Part shown: piece by piece, positions 19,808 through 30,900 of the stretch
Layout of the letters: each line of letters opens with the position of its first letter
How positions within the stretch are numbered: position 1 is the stretch's first letter
Assembly (NCBI GenBank): GCA_965200965.1
Contig: OZ241744.1
Coordinates: 3,456,001 to 3,520,000, forward strand
Direction of reading: 5' to 3'
From: an uncultured Candidatus Binatia bacterium
Lineage (GTDB): Bacteria; Desulfobacterota; Binatia; Bin18
Length of the DNA stretch: 64,000 nucleotides
The notes under the pieces: generated by a model
What the model saw: the letters and a program-made list of their open reading frames with translations, nothing else
Database searches by the model: none
What the model was told of the DNA's origin: nothing
Made by a program: the position numbers and the translations under genes

Positions 19808-21424
19808 ATGCCAAACATTGAGATTGACGGGCAGGAGATTACAGTCGAGGCTGGGCTTAACCTCATACAGGCGGCCGAGCGGCTGGGTATTGAGGTGCCC
19901 CACTATTGCTACCATCCGGGTCTCAGCATCTCGGGCAACTGCCGGATGTGCCTGGTTGAAATTGAAAAAATGCCCAAGCTGCAAATCGCCTGCAACACGC
20001 GGGTGAATGAGGGCATGGTCATCCGTACCACCAGCCCCAAGGTCAAGGCCGCCCAGGCCGCGGTGCTGGAGTTCCTTTTGATCAACCACCCGGTGGACTG
20101 CCCTATCTGTGACCAAGCCGGCGAGTGCAAGCTGCAAGACTACTACATGGACTATGGGGCGTATAAGAGCCGGATGCCGCTTGAGGCCAAGGCCGCAAAA
20201 GACAAGGCGGTCGAGATCGGCCCCCAGGTCATGCTTGACCAGGAACGCTGCATTCTGTGTGCCCGCTGCACCCGCTTTCTGGATGAAGTCACCAAGACCG
20301 GCGAGTTGGGGATTTTTGAGCGGGGCGACCACTGCAAGATCGACCTGTTCCCCGGCAAAACGCTGGACAACCCATACTCAATGAATGTCGTTGATGTGTG
20401 TCCGGTCGGTGCTCTGACGGCCAAAGATTTTCGGTTTCAGGCCCGCGTCTGGTACCTGGAGAAGACCGCATCTATCTGTACCCGCTGCGAGACCGGCTGC
20501 AATATCGACATCTACCACCGCCGCGGCCGGATGTACCGTTTTCGGCCCCGTCAGAATATGGAGGTCAACGAGTTCTGGATGTGTGACGAAGGCCGGCTGT
20601 CCTACCGGGCCTTGCAGCAGGAGAGCCGCATCCTCCAGCCGCTGGTCCGGGCCGAGACGGCGTTTCGTCAGACCTCCTGGGACGGTGCCTTGCAGCAGCT
20701 TGTTGAGATTCTCAGGCACGCCGCGGCCGAGGGCGGCCGCGGCGCGGTAGCTGCCCTCATCGGGGCCAAGGCCAGCAACGAAGAAGCCTATCTGTTAGCG
20801 CGTATTCTCAGACACCAACTGGGTACGCACCAAGTCGCCGGCCTGTCGTGGTCACCCGACATGGCCGCCCACGACGGTCTGCTGATCCGGGCGGATAAGA
20901 ACCCCAACACGCGCGGACTCAAAACCCTGGGCTTGCTGAACGGGGGTGGTGAGGCCGAGCAGATTCTGTACGCCGCCGACCAGGGCACAATCAAAATCCT
21001 GTTTGTATTTGGCATCGACCTTGTTGCTGCGGTGGGCCAGGCCACAGCCGAGGCCGCCCTGGCCGGGGTCAAGCTCATCCTGCTGGATACCGACTACACC
21101 GATACGACCGAGTATGCCGACTTGGTGCTGCCGATCGCTGCCGCTCCCGAAACCGACGGAAGCTGCATCAACTATGCCGGTCGGGTCCAGCGCTTACGCC
21201 AAGCCTTCCCTCCGCCGGGCCAAGTCAAGACCGGCTGGGAGGCGCTGGCACTGCTCAGCACCAGGCTCGGCGGCCCGGACAGCGTATCGATCAGCGAAGT
21301 GTTTGCCGAACTGACCGCCGCGGTGCCGGCCCTGGCCGGACTGACCTACGGCAAGATCGGCCCCCACGGCCTCCCCCTGCCGGCCCTCCAGCCCGAACCC
21401 AACGCAGCCGAAGCGCTGGCATAG
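19808..21424 (+). CDS. nuoG: NADH-quinone oxidoreductase subunit G-like Fe-S protein
   Basis: PHYCYHP..GNCRMCLVE, NHPVDCPICDQAGECKLQD, CILCARCTRFL, CTRCETGC. Confidence 0.9.
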   Translation: MPNIEIDGQEITVEAGLNLIQAAERLGIEVPHYCYHPGLSISGNCRMCLVEIEKMPKLQIACNTRVNEGMVIRTTSPKVKAAQAAVLEFLLINHPVDCPICDQAGECKLQDYYMDYGAYKSRMPLEAKAAKDKAVEIGPQVMLDQERCILCARCTRFLDEVTKTGELGIFERGDHCKIDLFPGKTLDNPYSMNVVDVCPVGALTAKDFRFQARVWYLEKTASICTRCETGCNIDIYHRRGRMYRFRPRQNMEVNEFWMCDEGRLSYRALQQESRILQPLVRAETAFRQTSWDGALQQLVEILRHAAAEGGRGAVAALIGAKASNEEAYLLARILRHQLGTHQVAGLSWSPDMAAHDGLLIRADKNPNTRGLKTLGLLNGGGEAEQILYAADQGTIKILFVFGIDLVAAVGQATAEAALAGVKLILLDTDYTDTTEYADLVLPIAAAPETDGSCINYAGRVQRLRQAFPPPGQVKTGWEALALLSTRLGGPDSVSISEVFAELTAAVPALAGLTYGKIGPHGLPLPALQPEPNAAEALA

Positions 21425-21489
21425 GGCTTGCCACGATGCTGCCTCCCCTCCGTGCGGTTCCTGCTTACGCCCAGATACGGTACTGAGCC

Positions 21490-22266
21490 GTGCGTATTGC
21501 TACCTGGAACGTCAATTCCATCCGCGCCCGCAAAGATCGGACCCTGGCTTGGCTGGAGGAGCACCGGCCCGAGGTGGTGTGCCTGCAAGAAACCAAAGTA
21601 AGCGATGACATCTTCCCCCGGGCCGAGTTTGAAGCCTTGGGCTATCAGGTCACGGCCTGCGGACAAAAGAGCTATAACGGAGTGGCCCTACTCTCCCGTG
21701 TCACGCCGACCGAGGTAGTGCGGCGATTTGACGACGATGACGAGCAGCCCGAGGCCCGTTTTCTCTCCGCCCGGATTGCCGGGGTGCATGTCATCTGCGT
21801 CTATGTGCCAAACGGCCAGACGGTCGGCAGCGACAAATACCGCTACAAGCTGGCTTGGCTCGGCCAGCTCCAGCGCCATCTCGATCGGCACTGCGACCCC
21901 GACCAGCCCCTCGCCCTGTGCGGCGACCTGAATATCGCGCCCGGCGATCGTGATGTGTGCGATCCGCCAGCCTGGGCCGAGACCGTGTTGTGCGCGCCGG
22001 CTGTCCGGGACGCCTTCCGGCGGCTGTGCGGCTGGGGGCTGCACGATGCCTTCCGCCTCCACCATGAGGCGGGCAAACTCTACACTTGGTGGGACTACCG
22101 GCAGCTCGCCTTTCAGAAGAACCAGGGCTTGCGCATTGACCATATTCTCGTCACCCCGGCCCTGGCCCGACGCTGCGCCGGGGCGCAGATCGACCGCCAG
22201 GCACGCAAGGGCGAGGGGGCTTCAGACCACGCCCCTGTCCTTGCTGACTTCTCGGATAACAGCTAG
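21490..22266 (+). CDS. xth: Exodeoxyribonuclease III
   Basis: IATWNVNSIRAR, CLQETK, GDLNIA, YTWWDYR, LRIDHIL, SDHAPV. Confidence 0.97.
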   Translation: MRIATWNVNSIRARKDRTLAWLEEHRPEVVCLQETKVSDDIFPRAEFEALGYQVTACGQKSYNGVALLSRVTPTEVVRRFDDDDEQPEARFLSARIAGVHVICVYVPNGQTVGSDKYRYKLAWLGQLQRHLDRHCDPDQPLALCGDLNIAPGDRDVCDPPAWAETVLCAPAVRDAFRRLCGWGLHDAFRLHHEAGKLYTWWDYRQLAFQKNQGLRIDHILVTPALARRCAGAQIDRQARKGEGASDHAPVLADFSDNS

Positions 22267-22276
22267 AAAGGACAAC

Positions 22277-22799
22277 ATGGCTGTGTCAACCCGCCACAGA
22301 ACTGAAAGATACTATCAACACAGACACAAGGAGTCTGGTTATATTGTCTCTTATCACTGGAGGAATCTATCCAACCCTATGGATTCAGAAACATTGTTCA
22401 AGCATTGAAAGAATCACGAAGGCGAAGATTGCAGATGAAACATTCATTATATGGCTTGCTGTTTGTCTTGGACTCAACTACACCCTCGCCTACTGGGGTA
22501 CCGAACTGGGCCTTGAACCGGGCCTCGCCCTCAGGCGCATAGAGGACCTTGCAGGGCTTGCATGGTTAGGTCTCCTTATTTATTGGTCTTTCAAGGCAAG
22601 AAACGCTCTCCAAGAGTATGCGTTGACCGAACTCAGGATTGATTTGAAAATGAATGTATTGCACACAGTTCTGTTTGATATCTTCTACATAAATTATTGT
22701 ATCAACGACTTACCTGAAGAGTATCGGCGGCAACAGGTCCTAAACTCCCGAATGGATAAGGACGAGGGACCAGATGGTGAAGATGATGACACGCGGTGA
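22277..22799 (+). pseudogene. AT-rich DUF4234-like membrane protein with apparent 1-nt frameshift near the start
   Basis: SD+ATG at 22277 is out of frame with the body; removing one C from ACCC at ~22290 gives MAVSTATELKDTINTDTRSLVILSLITGGIYPTLW...FYINYCINDLPE. Confidence 0.55.
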
Positions 22800-22817
22800 A
22801 GCGGTCCCCTGGTGTCT

Positions 22818-23675
22818 TCAGTTCTTGCCAATCTTGCCAATCAACTCATCGCCGGTTCTGTTGACATAGGCGAGCCAGTCGGCCTCGGTTTTTGCCGCCT
22901 TAAACGGAATCAGCCGGTCCACGCCGAGTTCGGCAAAGCGTTTGACCGTGTTGGCATCGAGCCGCCCCTTGGGCGTCACGCTGATCTCCAGTGCGCCTAA
23001 CTCGGCGGGACGCGCGACCTGTTGGGCAGCGTGTTTGATGCCCAACAGGCATTGGGCGGTGGCCTCGACATCAAGGGCAAAGCCAAACCAGCCCGTGCCG
23101 TGGCGCACGCTGCGTTTGTAGGCTTGTGGGGTATGGCCGCCAAAGACCACCGGCGGGTGGGGCTTCTGAAGCGGTTGGGGACGAGACTGAATATCGCTGA
23201 ACGAGACAAACTCACCCCGGTGGGCCGGCTCGTCCTGGGTCCAGACGGCTTTCATGGCTCGCAGATAGTCAATGGAACGCGGGCCTTTGTGGCTGAACGG
23301 AATGCCGAGCGCGTCAAACTCCGGCTTGAGATAGCCGATGCCCAGACCAAAGATGAGCCTCCCGCCAGACACCACGTCAAGGCTGGCCAGCTCTTTGGCC
23401 AGCACCAGGGGATTCCGCTGGGGCAGGATGATGATGCCAGTGCCCAGCTTGATCGTTCGGGTCTGCCCGGCCAGAAAGGCCAGGGTAACGGTCGGGTCAA
23501 GCATCGGGTAGTGAGGTGGGAGCGGGGAGGGCGGGGCCTGAGGATCGGGCAAGACCACATGCTCACCGGTCCAGATTGATTCAAAACCGGCCGCTTCAGC
23601 CGCCTGGGCGACCCGCACCGAGGCTGCCGGGTCACTGGCGATGCCCATATTGATGCCAAACAGTCCAAATTTCAT
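22818..23675 (-). CDS. LLM-class (probably F420-dependent) oxidoreductase
   Basis: AEAAGFESIWTGEHVVLP, LGTGIIILPQRNP, SGGRLIFGLGIG, PQPLQKPHPP. Confidence 0.9.
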   Translation of the reverse strand: MKFGLFGINMGIASDPAASVRVAQAAEAAGFESIWTGEHVVLPDPQAPPSPLPPHYPMLDPTVTLAFLAGQTRTIKLGTGIIILPQRNPLVLAKELASLDVVSGGRLIFGLGIGYLKPEFDALGIPFSHKGPRSIDYLRAMKAVWTQDEPAHRGEFVSFSDIQSRPQPLQKPHPPVVFGGHTPQAYKRSVRHGTGWFGFALDVEATAQCLLGIKHAAQQVARPAELGALEISVTPKGRLDANTVKRFAELGVDRLIPFKAAKTEADWLAYVNRTGDELIGKIGKN

Positions 23676-23836
23676 ACGCGCTCCCTCCTGCTCGGGTCTT
23701 CTCCTGGACGCCGGGAGCCTAGCCGGTTCTCGCGTGCCGCGCAAGATTGCCGGCCACACCGCGAGGTGTTCTTGGACCGTGCCTGGCGTTGCATTCCAGT
23801 GAAAAAATTGTCAGGTTAGAGGCTTTGGAGGAAGCC

Positions 23837-24718
23837 ATGTCACACACGGTCAATTACATCACCCGCATCACCAACACCTATGCCAAGCTCGGCTACAAGC
23901 CCTACACATGGGTCCACAACCCCCACCCGCCGCCGTGGGTACCGCTGGGCAAGCCGCTGTCCGAATGCCGGCTGGGTTTGATCGCCTCCGGCGGGCTGTA
24001 CATGACGGGTCAGATCGCCTTCCACTTCAAAGACGACCTGTCGTTCCGGGCGATTCCCACCGATGTGGATACGCGCGAGCTGCGCACCGCCCACTTTGCC
24101 TATGACCAGACCGACGCCCGCAAAGATCCCAATGTGGTTTTTCCCATTGACCCCCTGCGCCGGCTGGTCAAAGAGGGTGCGCTTGGCGGGCTGGCCACCC
24201 ATGCCTACACCTTTATGGGCGGTATTTATTCGTCCCGGCGGGTGCGTGACGAGCTGGCCCCGCAGCTGACCGAGCGTCTGCTGGCCGAGCGGGTTGACGC
24301 CGCGCTGCTGGTCCCGGTTTGACCGGTATGTCATCAGTCCGTGGGACTGATCGCCCGCCACGCCGAGGCCGCCGGCATCCCGACCCTGAGCATGGGCAGC
24401 GCCCTGGACATCATGCGGGCAGTAAACCCGCCGCGGGCCGCCTTTCTCGATTTTCCCCTGGGCCATACCATCGGCGAGCCGCACCAACCAGCCCTCCAGC
24501 GCGCCATTCTGCTCCAGGCGCTGGACGGCTTCATGTCTCTGACCACGCCGGGCAGCATCAAGCGCCTACCCTTCCGCTGGTCACAGGGGGACGGCTGGAA
24601 AGAGACAGCCTCAAACGACGGCGACACCCGCACCGAGCGCTACGACACGCCGCAGTACCAGATGGAAGAAGACCGCCGGCTGGCCGAGCAGAAGAGTTGC
24701 GAGACCTGTTCGGTCTGA
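23837..24718 (+). CDS. Selenoprotein of the GrdB/PrdB (glycine/proline reductase B) family; in-frame UGA at 24320-24322 read as Sec (UxxC)
   Basis: ORFs ending 24322 and starting 24341 share a frame: ...AALLVPV-U-PVCHQSVGLIARHAEAAGIPT; SECIS-like hairpin follows the UGA. Confidence 0.88.
24323..24351 (+). promoter_or_regulatory. Bacterial SECIS-like hairpin
   Basis: ATCAGTCC-GTG-GGACTGAT 8-bp stem; G-starting loop 18 nt after the UGA. Confidence 0.75.
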
Positions 24719-24735
24719 AGGAGGGTGGGATAAGG

Positions 24736-25716
24736 ATGCGAGAGATGCGCACCACAGCCCTGATCACGGGTGTGGCCCTGGCCGGCCTGCTGCTACTGGC
24801 CGGTGTGGCGCGGGCCGACGGCGACCGCCGCGGCTTCTATATCGGGGGTGAACTGGGTCTGGCCAACGGCCTGTCTTCGGATTCCTTTCTGTCGGGCATC
24901 AGCCACCCGACCCGCTGCGATACCCTGCTGTACGCCGACCCGAGCCAAGCCCCCCAAGACGCCCGCTGCACGACCCGGGAGCCGAGAAAAATCTACACAA
25001 CCGACTTTGAGCCGGGCATCGGCTTTGCCGGGGCGGTCAGTGCCGGCTACGCCCTGGAGGCCGGGCTGCGCTTTGAAATTGAGTATCTGTACCGCACCCA
25101 GGGCGGCGACGCTTCAACCCTGCCGGCGGCCCGGGGCAATGAGACGACCCAGACCAAGTCGAATGAGTGGCTCAGGCCGCCGGCGGCCCGCTTTGCCAAC
25201 TTTCACAGCCACCAAGTCTTTCTGAACGCCTACTATGACCTTGCGAACGCCTCGCGCTGGACGCCGTATCTGGGGGCCGGCATTGGCTGGAGCCGGACGA
25301 GCACACGCTACAGCAACCGTTTCCTGCGCCAGACGGTCAGCGGGGGCTATCTGGATGCGTTCCGGTCAACCCTCAACGAGGACCACTTGGCCCACTTCAG
25401 GCAGGTCGGGCTTGACCCGGACGAGGTGGCGCGGGCCGCGGCCGGCACCAGCAGCTATCTGAGCAGTCGGCTGAGCGACGATCTGTTCGGCTTTCAACTG
25501 CTGGCCGGCCTGGATTACGCCCTGGGGGAGCGGACCTCCATCGGGCTGAAGGTCCGCTGGGCCAATTTTGAGGACATGAGTGATAGCGCGGTCTGGGACG
25601 TGGTCCGCAGCCATGCCCCGGTGCTGGCCGACGGCAAGACCCCCTACAAGGTCAGGATCAAGACCGACACCATCCGGTACTGGGCCGTGACCTTTGGGCT
25701 GAAATACCATTTCTAG
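24736..25716 (+). CDS. Outer-membrane beta-barrel protein (opacity/OmpW-like) with long loops
   Basis: Signal peptide, GFYIGGELG, GLRFEIEYLYR, FLNAYYD, WTPYLGAGIG, C-terminal GLKYHF. Confidence 0.8.
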   Translation: MREMRTTALITGVALAGLLLLAGVARADGDRRGFYIGGELGLANGLSSDSFLSGISHPTRCDTLLYADPSQAPQDARCTTREPRKIYTTDFEPGIGFAGAVSAGYALEAGLRFEIEYLYRTQGGDASTLPAARGNETTQTKSNEWLRPPAARFANFHSHQVFLNAYYDLANASRWTPYLGAGIGWSRTSTRYSNRFLRQTVSGGYLDAFRSTLNEDHLAHFRQVGLDPDEVARAAAGTSSYLSSRLSDDLFGFQLLAGLDYALGERTSIGLKVRWANFEDMSDSAVWDVVRSHAPVLADGKTPYKVRIKTDTIRYWAVTFGLKYHF

Positions 25717-25752
25717 CAGGCCGGTTTAGCGAAGCGCGGGGCCGGGTGTAGC

Positions 25753-26061
25753 TCAGAGTTGGGCTACCAGCTTTTCGACTTCGCCCCATTCGACAATCGG
25801 GGTCAGCCGGCGCTTTTCAATCAAGCCGCTGGAGACGATTTTGCCGAAGACCTGGAAGGTCGGGGTGTGGTCGGGAATGTCGACCAGAAAGATGACCTTG
25901 GGCTCTTCGTTGGAGAACCACGGGCCGCCGGCAAAGCGGACTTCCTGGGGCGCGCCAACTGAGGCCGGGCTTTTGGCCGCGGCACCAATGAGCCGGGTAA
26001 ACTCCTTCATCCGGTCGGGGCTGGGATCTTTGAGCCATACTTCGTCGAGATAGAGTGCCAT
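25753..26061 (-). CDS. Hypothetical protein (DUF3303-like ferredoxin fold suspected)
   Basis: AGGAGG SD, 102-aa ORF co-oriented with grx. Confidence 0.6.
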   Translation of the reverse strand: MALYLDEVWLKDPSPDRMKEFTRLIGAAAKSPASVGAPQEVRFAGGPWFSNEEPKVIFLVDIPDHTPTFQVFGKIVSSGLIEKRRLTPIVEWGEVEKLVAQL

Positions 26062-26092
26062 ACGGTTTCCTCCTTTTTCGCAGGCGGGGCCG

Positions 26093-26347
26093 TCAGTCGG
26101 CCAGCAGTTCGTCTAGCTCGCCGCACCTCTCCAGTTCGTTCAACTCGGAGAAGCCGCCGAGCGACTGATCGGCAATAAAAATCTGCGGCACGGTGGGCTG
26201 GCCGGAGCGTTCTCTGAGTTCCTGGCGCAGGGCCGGCTTGCCGGTGGCGTCGATCTCTTCAAACGGCACGCCTTTTTTGGTCAGCAAGGATTTGGCCGCG
26301 GTACAGTAGGGACAAAACAGGGTGGTGTATATTGTGACTGGCTTCAT
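26093..26347 (-). CDS. grxC: Glutaredoxin 3
   Basis: CPYC, TVPQIFI, GGFSEL; start ATG 26347. Confidence 0.93.
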   Translation of the reverse strand: MKPVTIYTTLFCPYCTAAKSLLTKKGVPFEEIDATGKPALRQELRERSGQPTVPQIFIADQSLGGFSELNELERCGELDELLAD

Positions 26348-26418
26348 GGCTTTCCGTCCTTTGGGTCGTGGGGCTGCTCTGGTTGTATGCCATGAGCCGG
26401 TCGGACTCAAGGGGTGGC

Positions 26419-27912
26419 TCAGGGCAGGTTGGTGCTGCCCATCAGATAACGGTCGCACTCGCGGGCGGCACCGCGGCCTTCGTGGAGCGCCCACACGACG
26501 AGGCTTTGGCCGCGACGGGCGTCGCCGGCGGCAAACACGCCCTTGACGCTCGTAGCGTATGTGCCATACTCGGCAGCTATGTTGGAGCGGTTGTCACGCT
26601 CCACGCCCAACTCTTCCAGGATGGGGTCTTCCGGCCCCAGAAAGCCCATAGCCAGCAGCACTAGCTCGGCCGGCCAGACCCTTTCGGTGCCTGGGAGAGG
26701 CTTGGGAACGAAGGCACCGTTATCGTTTGTGGTCCACTCGACCTGAACGGTGTGGAGTTCCTTGACCCGCCCGTTTTCGTCTCCGACAAACTTTTCGGTC
26801 TGGATCAGGAATATCCGCGGGTCAACCCCAAACCGGGCCAGGGCCTCTTCCTGGCCGTAGTCAACGCGAAAGATTCGGGGCCATTCCGGCCACGGGTTGT
26901 CGGCCTGGCGTACTGCCGGCGGTCGGGGCAGGATTTCAAACTGGGTCAGGCTTTTGCATCGGTGACGCATGGCGGTGCCAACGCAGTCGGTGCCAGTATC
27001 GCCGCCGCCAATGACAATCACATGCTTGTCGGTGGCTGAGATGTACGCGCCGTCGGCGTGCTTGGAGTCGAGCAGGCTCTTGGTGTTGGCGTGCAGAAAC
27101 TCCATTGCAAAGTGAATCCGATTGAGGTCGCGGCCCTCAATCGGAAAATTTCGGGGTTTGGTTGCCCCGCAGCACAAGACGAGGGCGTCGAACTCCTCAC
27201 GCAGCCGGACGGCCGACACATCGCTGCCAACCGCGGTGTTGGTGACAAAGCGCACGCCTTCAGCGGCCAACTGCTCAACTCGGCGTTGGACTTGCTGCTT
27301 ATCGAGCTTCATGTTGGGGATGCCGTACATCAGCAGGCCGCCAATGCGGTCGGCCCGCTCATAGACCGTCACCCAATGACCGGCCCGGTTGAGCTGGGCG
27401 GCGCAGGCCAAGCCGGCCGGACCGGAGCCGACCACGGCGACTGTTTTGCCGCTGCGTTTGGTCGGCAGTTCTGGGATGACCCAGCCCTCGGCAAAGCCGT
27501 GGTCAATAATTGAACACTCGATGTTTTTGATGGTGACTGGCGGGTTGGTGATGCCGAGCACGCACGAGCCTTCGCACGGGGCCGGGCACACCCGGCCGGT
27601 GAACTCTGGGAAGTTGTTTGTCTTGTGCAGGCGCTCCAGGGCCTCTTTCCACAGGTCACGGTAGACGAGGTCGTTCCATTCGGGGATGAGGTTGTTCAGC
27701 GGACAGCCCGAGGCCATGCCACTCAGCAGGATTCCGGTGTGGCAGAAGGGGATGCCGCAGTCCATGCAGCGTCCGCCCTGTTGCCGGAGTTTGTCTGCGG
27801 GCAGATGGGCGTGAAACTCCTGCCAGTCGTTGGCCCGTTCCAAGGCAGAACGGTCGGCCGGCAACTCACGCTGAAATTCCATAAATCCGGTTGGCTTACC
27901 CATGTCGGTCAT
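26419..27912 (-). CDS. gltD: Glutamate synthase small subunit
   Basis: [50 protein letters not shown]. Confidence 0.97.
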   Translation of the reverse strand: MTDMGKPTGFMEFQRELPADRSALERANDWQEFHAHLPADKLRQQGGRCMDCGIPFCHTGILLSGMASGCPLNNLIPEWNDLVYRDLWKEALERLHKTNNFPEFTGRVCPAPCEGSCVLGITNPPVTIKNIECSIIDHGFAEGWVIPELPTKRSGKTVAVVGSGPAGLACAAQLNRAGHWVTVYERADRIGGLLMYGIPNMKLDKQQVQRRVEQLAAEGVRFVTNTAVGSDVSAVRLREEFDALVLCCGATKPRNFPIEGRDLNRIHFAMEFLHANTKSLLDSKHADGAYISATDKHVIVIGGGDTGTDCVGTAMRHRCKSLTQFEILPRPPAVRQADNPWPEWPRIFRVDYGQEEALARFGVDPRIFLIQTEKFVGDENGRVKELHTVQVEWTTNDNGAFVPKPLPGTERVWPAELVLLAMGFLGPEDPILEELGVERDNRSNIAAEYGTYATSVKGVFAAGDARRGQSLVVWALHEGRGAARECDRYLMGSTNLP

Positions 27913-27933
27913 CTGCTCCTTTGGTCTGCACGC

Positions 27934-30900
27934 TCAGTTGCCGCTGACACGGGCGGCGTCATTCTTATTCGCCTCAAAGGCGGCCATTACCGCGTCTTCG
28001 CCGGCCAGCCCTCCCCGCTCGGCCCGCCCGATGGCTTCGAGCATACGCTGGTAGTCTTTGGGCATGACCTTCACAAACTTTGCGGCCGCGGTGGGCCACC
28101 TGGCCAGCTCTTGCCGGGCGTGTTGGCTGTGGGTGTAGCCGGCGTGACGGCGGAGCAGCGCTTCGAGTTCTTGCAAATCGTCGGCGCTGGGGACCTGGAG
28201 GGAGACGGTCTCCAGGTTGCAGTGGTCCTGGAAGTCGCCGTCCTCGTCATAGATGTAGGCCACGCCGCCCGACATGCCGGCCCCGAAGTTCCGCCCGGTC
28301 TTGCCCAGCACCACAACCCGGCCGCCGGTCATATACTCGCAGCCGTGGTCGCCGACACCCTCGACAACGGCCCGCACGCCACTGTTGCGGACGCAGAAGC
28401 GCTCGCCGGCCATCCCCCGGATATAGGCTTCGCCGCTGGTGGCACCGTAGAAGGCGACATTGCCGATGATGATGTTGTCTTCGGGCCGAAAGCTTGAGCC
28501 GTGGGGCGGATAGGCGATGATTTTTCCACCCGATAAACCCTTGCCGCAGTAGTCGTTGGCGTCGCCCTCTAGCTCCAGGGTGATGCCGGGCGGGACAAAC
28601 GCGCCAAAGCTTTGGCCAGCCGAGCCGTGCAGGTGAAAGTGGATGTGATCTTCGGGCAAGCCCTGGGGACCAAACCGCCGGGTCAGCTCGCTGCCCAGAA
28701 TCGTGCCCGCCACCCGGTCGGTATTTTTGATCGGCAGGCTATGTTTGACTTTTTCGCCGTGCTCCAGGGCGGGGGCGGCGAGTTTGAGCAGGGTGGTGTT
28801 GTCAAGGGCTTTGTCAAGGCCGTGGTTCTGGTCAATCTGACAATAGCGGCCGACCTCCGGGTCGGCTTCCGGCTGGTAGAGTATGGCCGAATAGTCCAGC
28901 CCTCTGGCTTTCCAGTGATCAACGGCGCGGCGGACCTCGAGCCGGTCGGTCCGACCGATCAGGTCATTCACGCTGCGGAAGCCGAGCCGGGCCATGTACT
29001 CGCGCATTTCCTGCGCGATGAAGCGCATGAAGTGTACCGTGTAGGCCGGGTCGCCCATGAACTTGTTGCGCAGGACCGGGTTTTGGGTGGCTACCCCAAC
29101 CGGGCAGGTATCGAGGTGACACACCCGCATCATGATACAGCCGAGGGTGACGAGGGCGGTGGTGGCAAAGCCGTACTCTTCTGCGCCGAGCAGGGCCGCC
29201 ACGATCACATCGCGGCCGGTTTTGAGTTGGCCGTCGGTTTCAACCACGATGCGGCTGCGCAGGTCGTTCAGCACCAGGGTTTGATGGGTCTCGGCCACCC
29301 CCAACTCCCAGGGCAAGCCGGCGTGTTTTATGCTGGTCTGGGGCGAGGCACCGGTGCCGCCGTCGTGGCCGCTGATCAACACTACATCGGCGTGGCCCTT
29401 GGCCACCCCCGCGGCGATTGTGCCGACCCCGACTTCCGAGACGAGCTTGACACAGATGCGGGCGTGATGGTTGGAGTTCTTGAGATCGTGGATCAGCTGG
29501 GCCAAATCTTCAATTGAATAGATATCGTGGTGAGGCGGTGGGGAGATGAGGCCCACGCCGGGCGTGGACAGCCGGACTTTGGCGATCCAGGGGTAGACCT
29601 TGCGCCCCGGCAGCTCGCCGCCTTCGCCCGGTTTTGCACCCTGGGCCATCTTGATCTGGAGTTCCTGGGCCTGGGTCAGGTAGTAGCTGGTCACGCCAAA
29701 CCGGCCCGAGGCGACCTGCTTGATCGCGCTGTTGCGCGAGTCGCCGTTGGGGTCGAGGGTGTAGCGTGCTGGGTCCTCCCCGCCTTCGCCGGTGTTGCTC
29801 TTGCCACCGATCCGGTTCATGGCAATGGCGAGGGCTTCGTGGGCTTCTTGACTGATTGAGCCGTAGGACATGGCCCCAGTCTTGAACCGCCTGGTAATGG
29901 CTTCGACCGGTTCGACCTCATCAATGGGGATGGGGTCGGGGGCATACTTGAAGCCCAACAGACCGCGCAGCGTGGCCAGTCGCTGGGACTGGTCGTCAAT
30001 CAGGCCGGAGTATTGCTTGAAGGTGGTGTAATCGTTGGTGCGGCAGGCTTTCTGGAGCAGGTGAATTGTGCGCGGGTTGAACAGGTGGAGTTCACCGTCT
30101 TTGCGGTACTGGTACTGACCGTAGACCTCAAGGGTCCGACCGTTGACCGGAATCTCGGGAAACGCTTTGGCGTGTTGGCGTTCGGCCTCCGCGGCCACTG
30201 CCTCGAGGTCGGTCCCGCCGACCCGGGACGGGGTCCAGGTAAAATAGCGGTCGATCAGCGCTTGGCCGAGCCCTACGGCCTCAAAAATCTGGGCCCCGCA
30301 GTAGGACTTGATGGTCGAAATGCCCATTTTTGACATGACTTTGACCACCCCTTTGACCACGGCTTTTTTATACCCAGCGACTGCCTCGTCATAGCTGATG
30401 TCCTTCAGCATGCCCTGGCCGATCATGTCGCTCAGGCATTCGTAGACCATATACGGATTGAAAGCCTGAATGCCGTAGCCGAGCAGCAGGCAGAAGTGGT
30501 GGACCTCGCGCGGCTCGCCGGACTCCAGGACGAGGCCGACCCGCGTTCGGCTGCCAGTCCGAATCAGGTGATGGTGGAGGCCGGACGAGGCCAGCAGGGC
30601 CGGGATGGGCGCATGGTCGCGATCAACGCCCGTATCGGACAGGATGAGAATTGTTGCCCCGTTGGCAATGGCGCGGTCGGCGGCCTGGTACAGCCCTTCC
30701 AAGGCCTGTTCGAGGCCAGCTTTGCCGCTGCCGGGCGGAAACAGGATGGGCAGCGTTGTGACGTGCAGGCCGGCGAGATCAAGGCGACGCAGCTTTTCCA
30801 GCTCGCCGTTGCTCAGGATCGGGGTTGACAGACGTAGTTGGCGGCAGCTTTCCGGCTGGGGGTCAAGCAGATTGCCCTCCGCGCCCAGGGTGAGGGTGGT

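Noticed and set aside
24319-24735. N-terminal 139 aa of the 465-aa ORF
   Set aside because: Shadow frame over the selenoprotein C-half; the signal peptide begins at 24736
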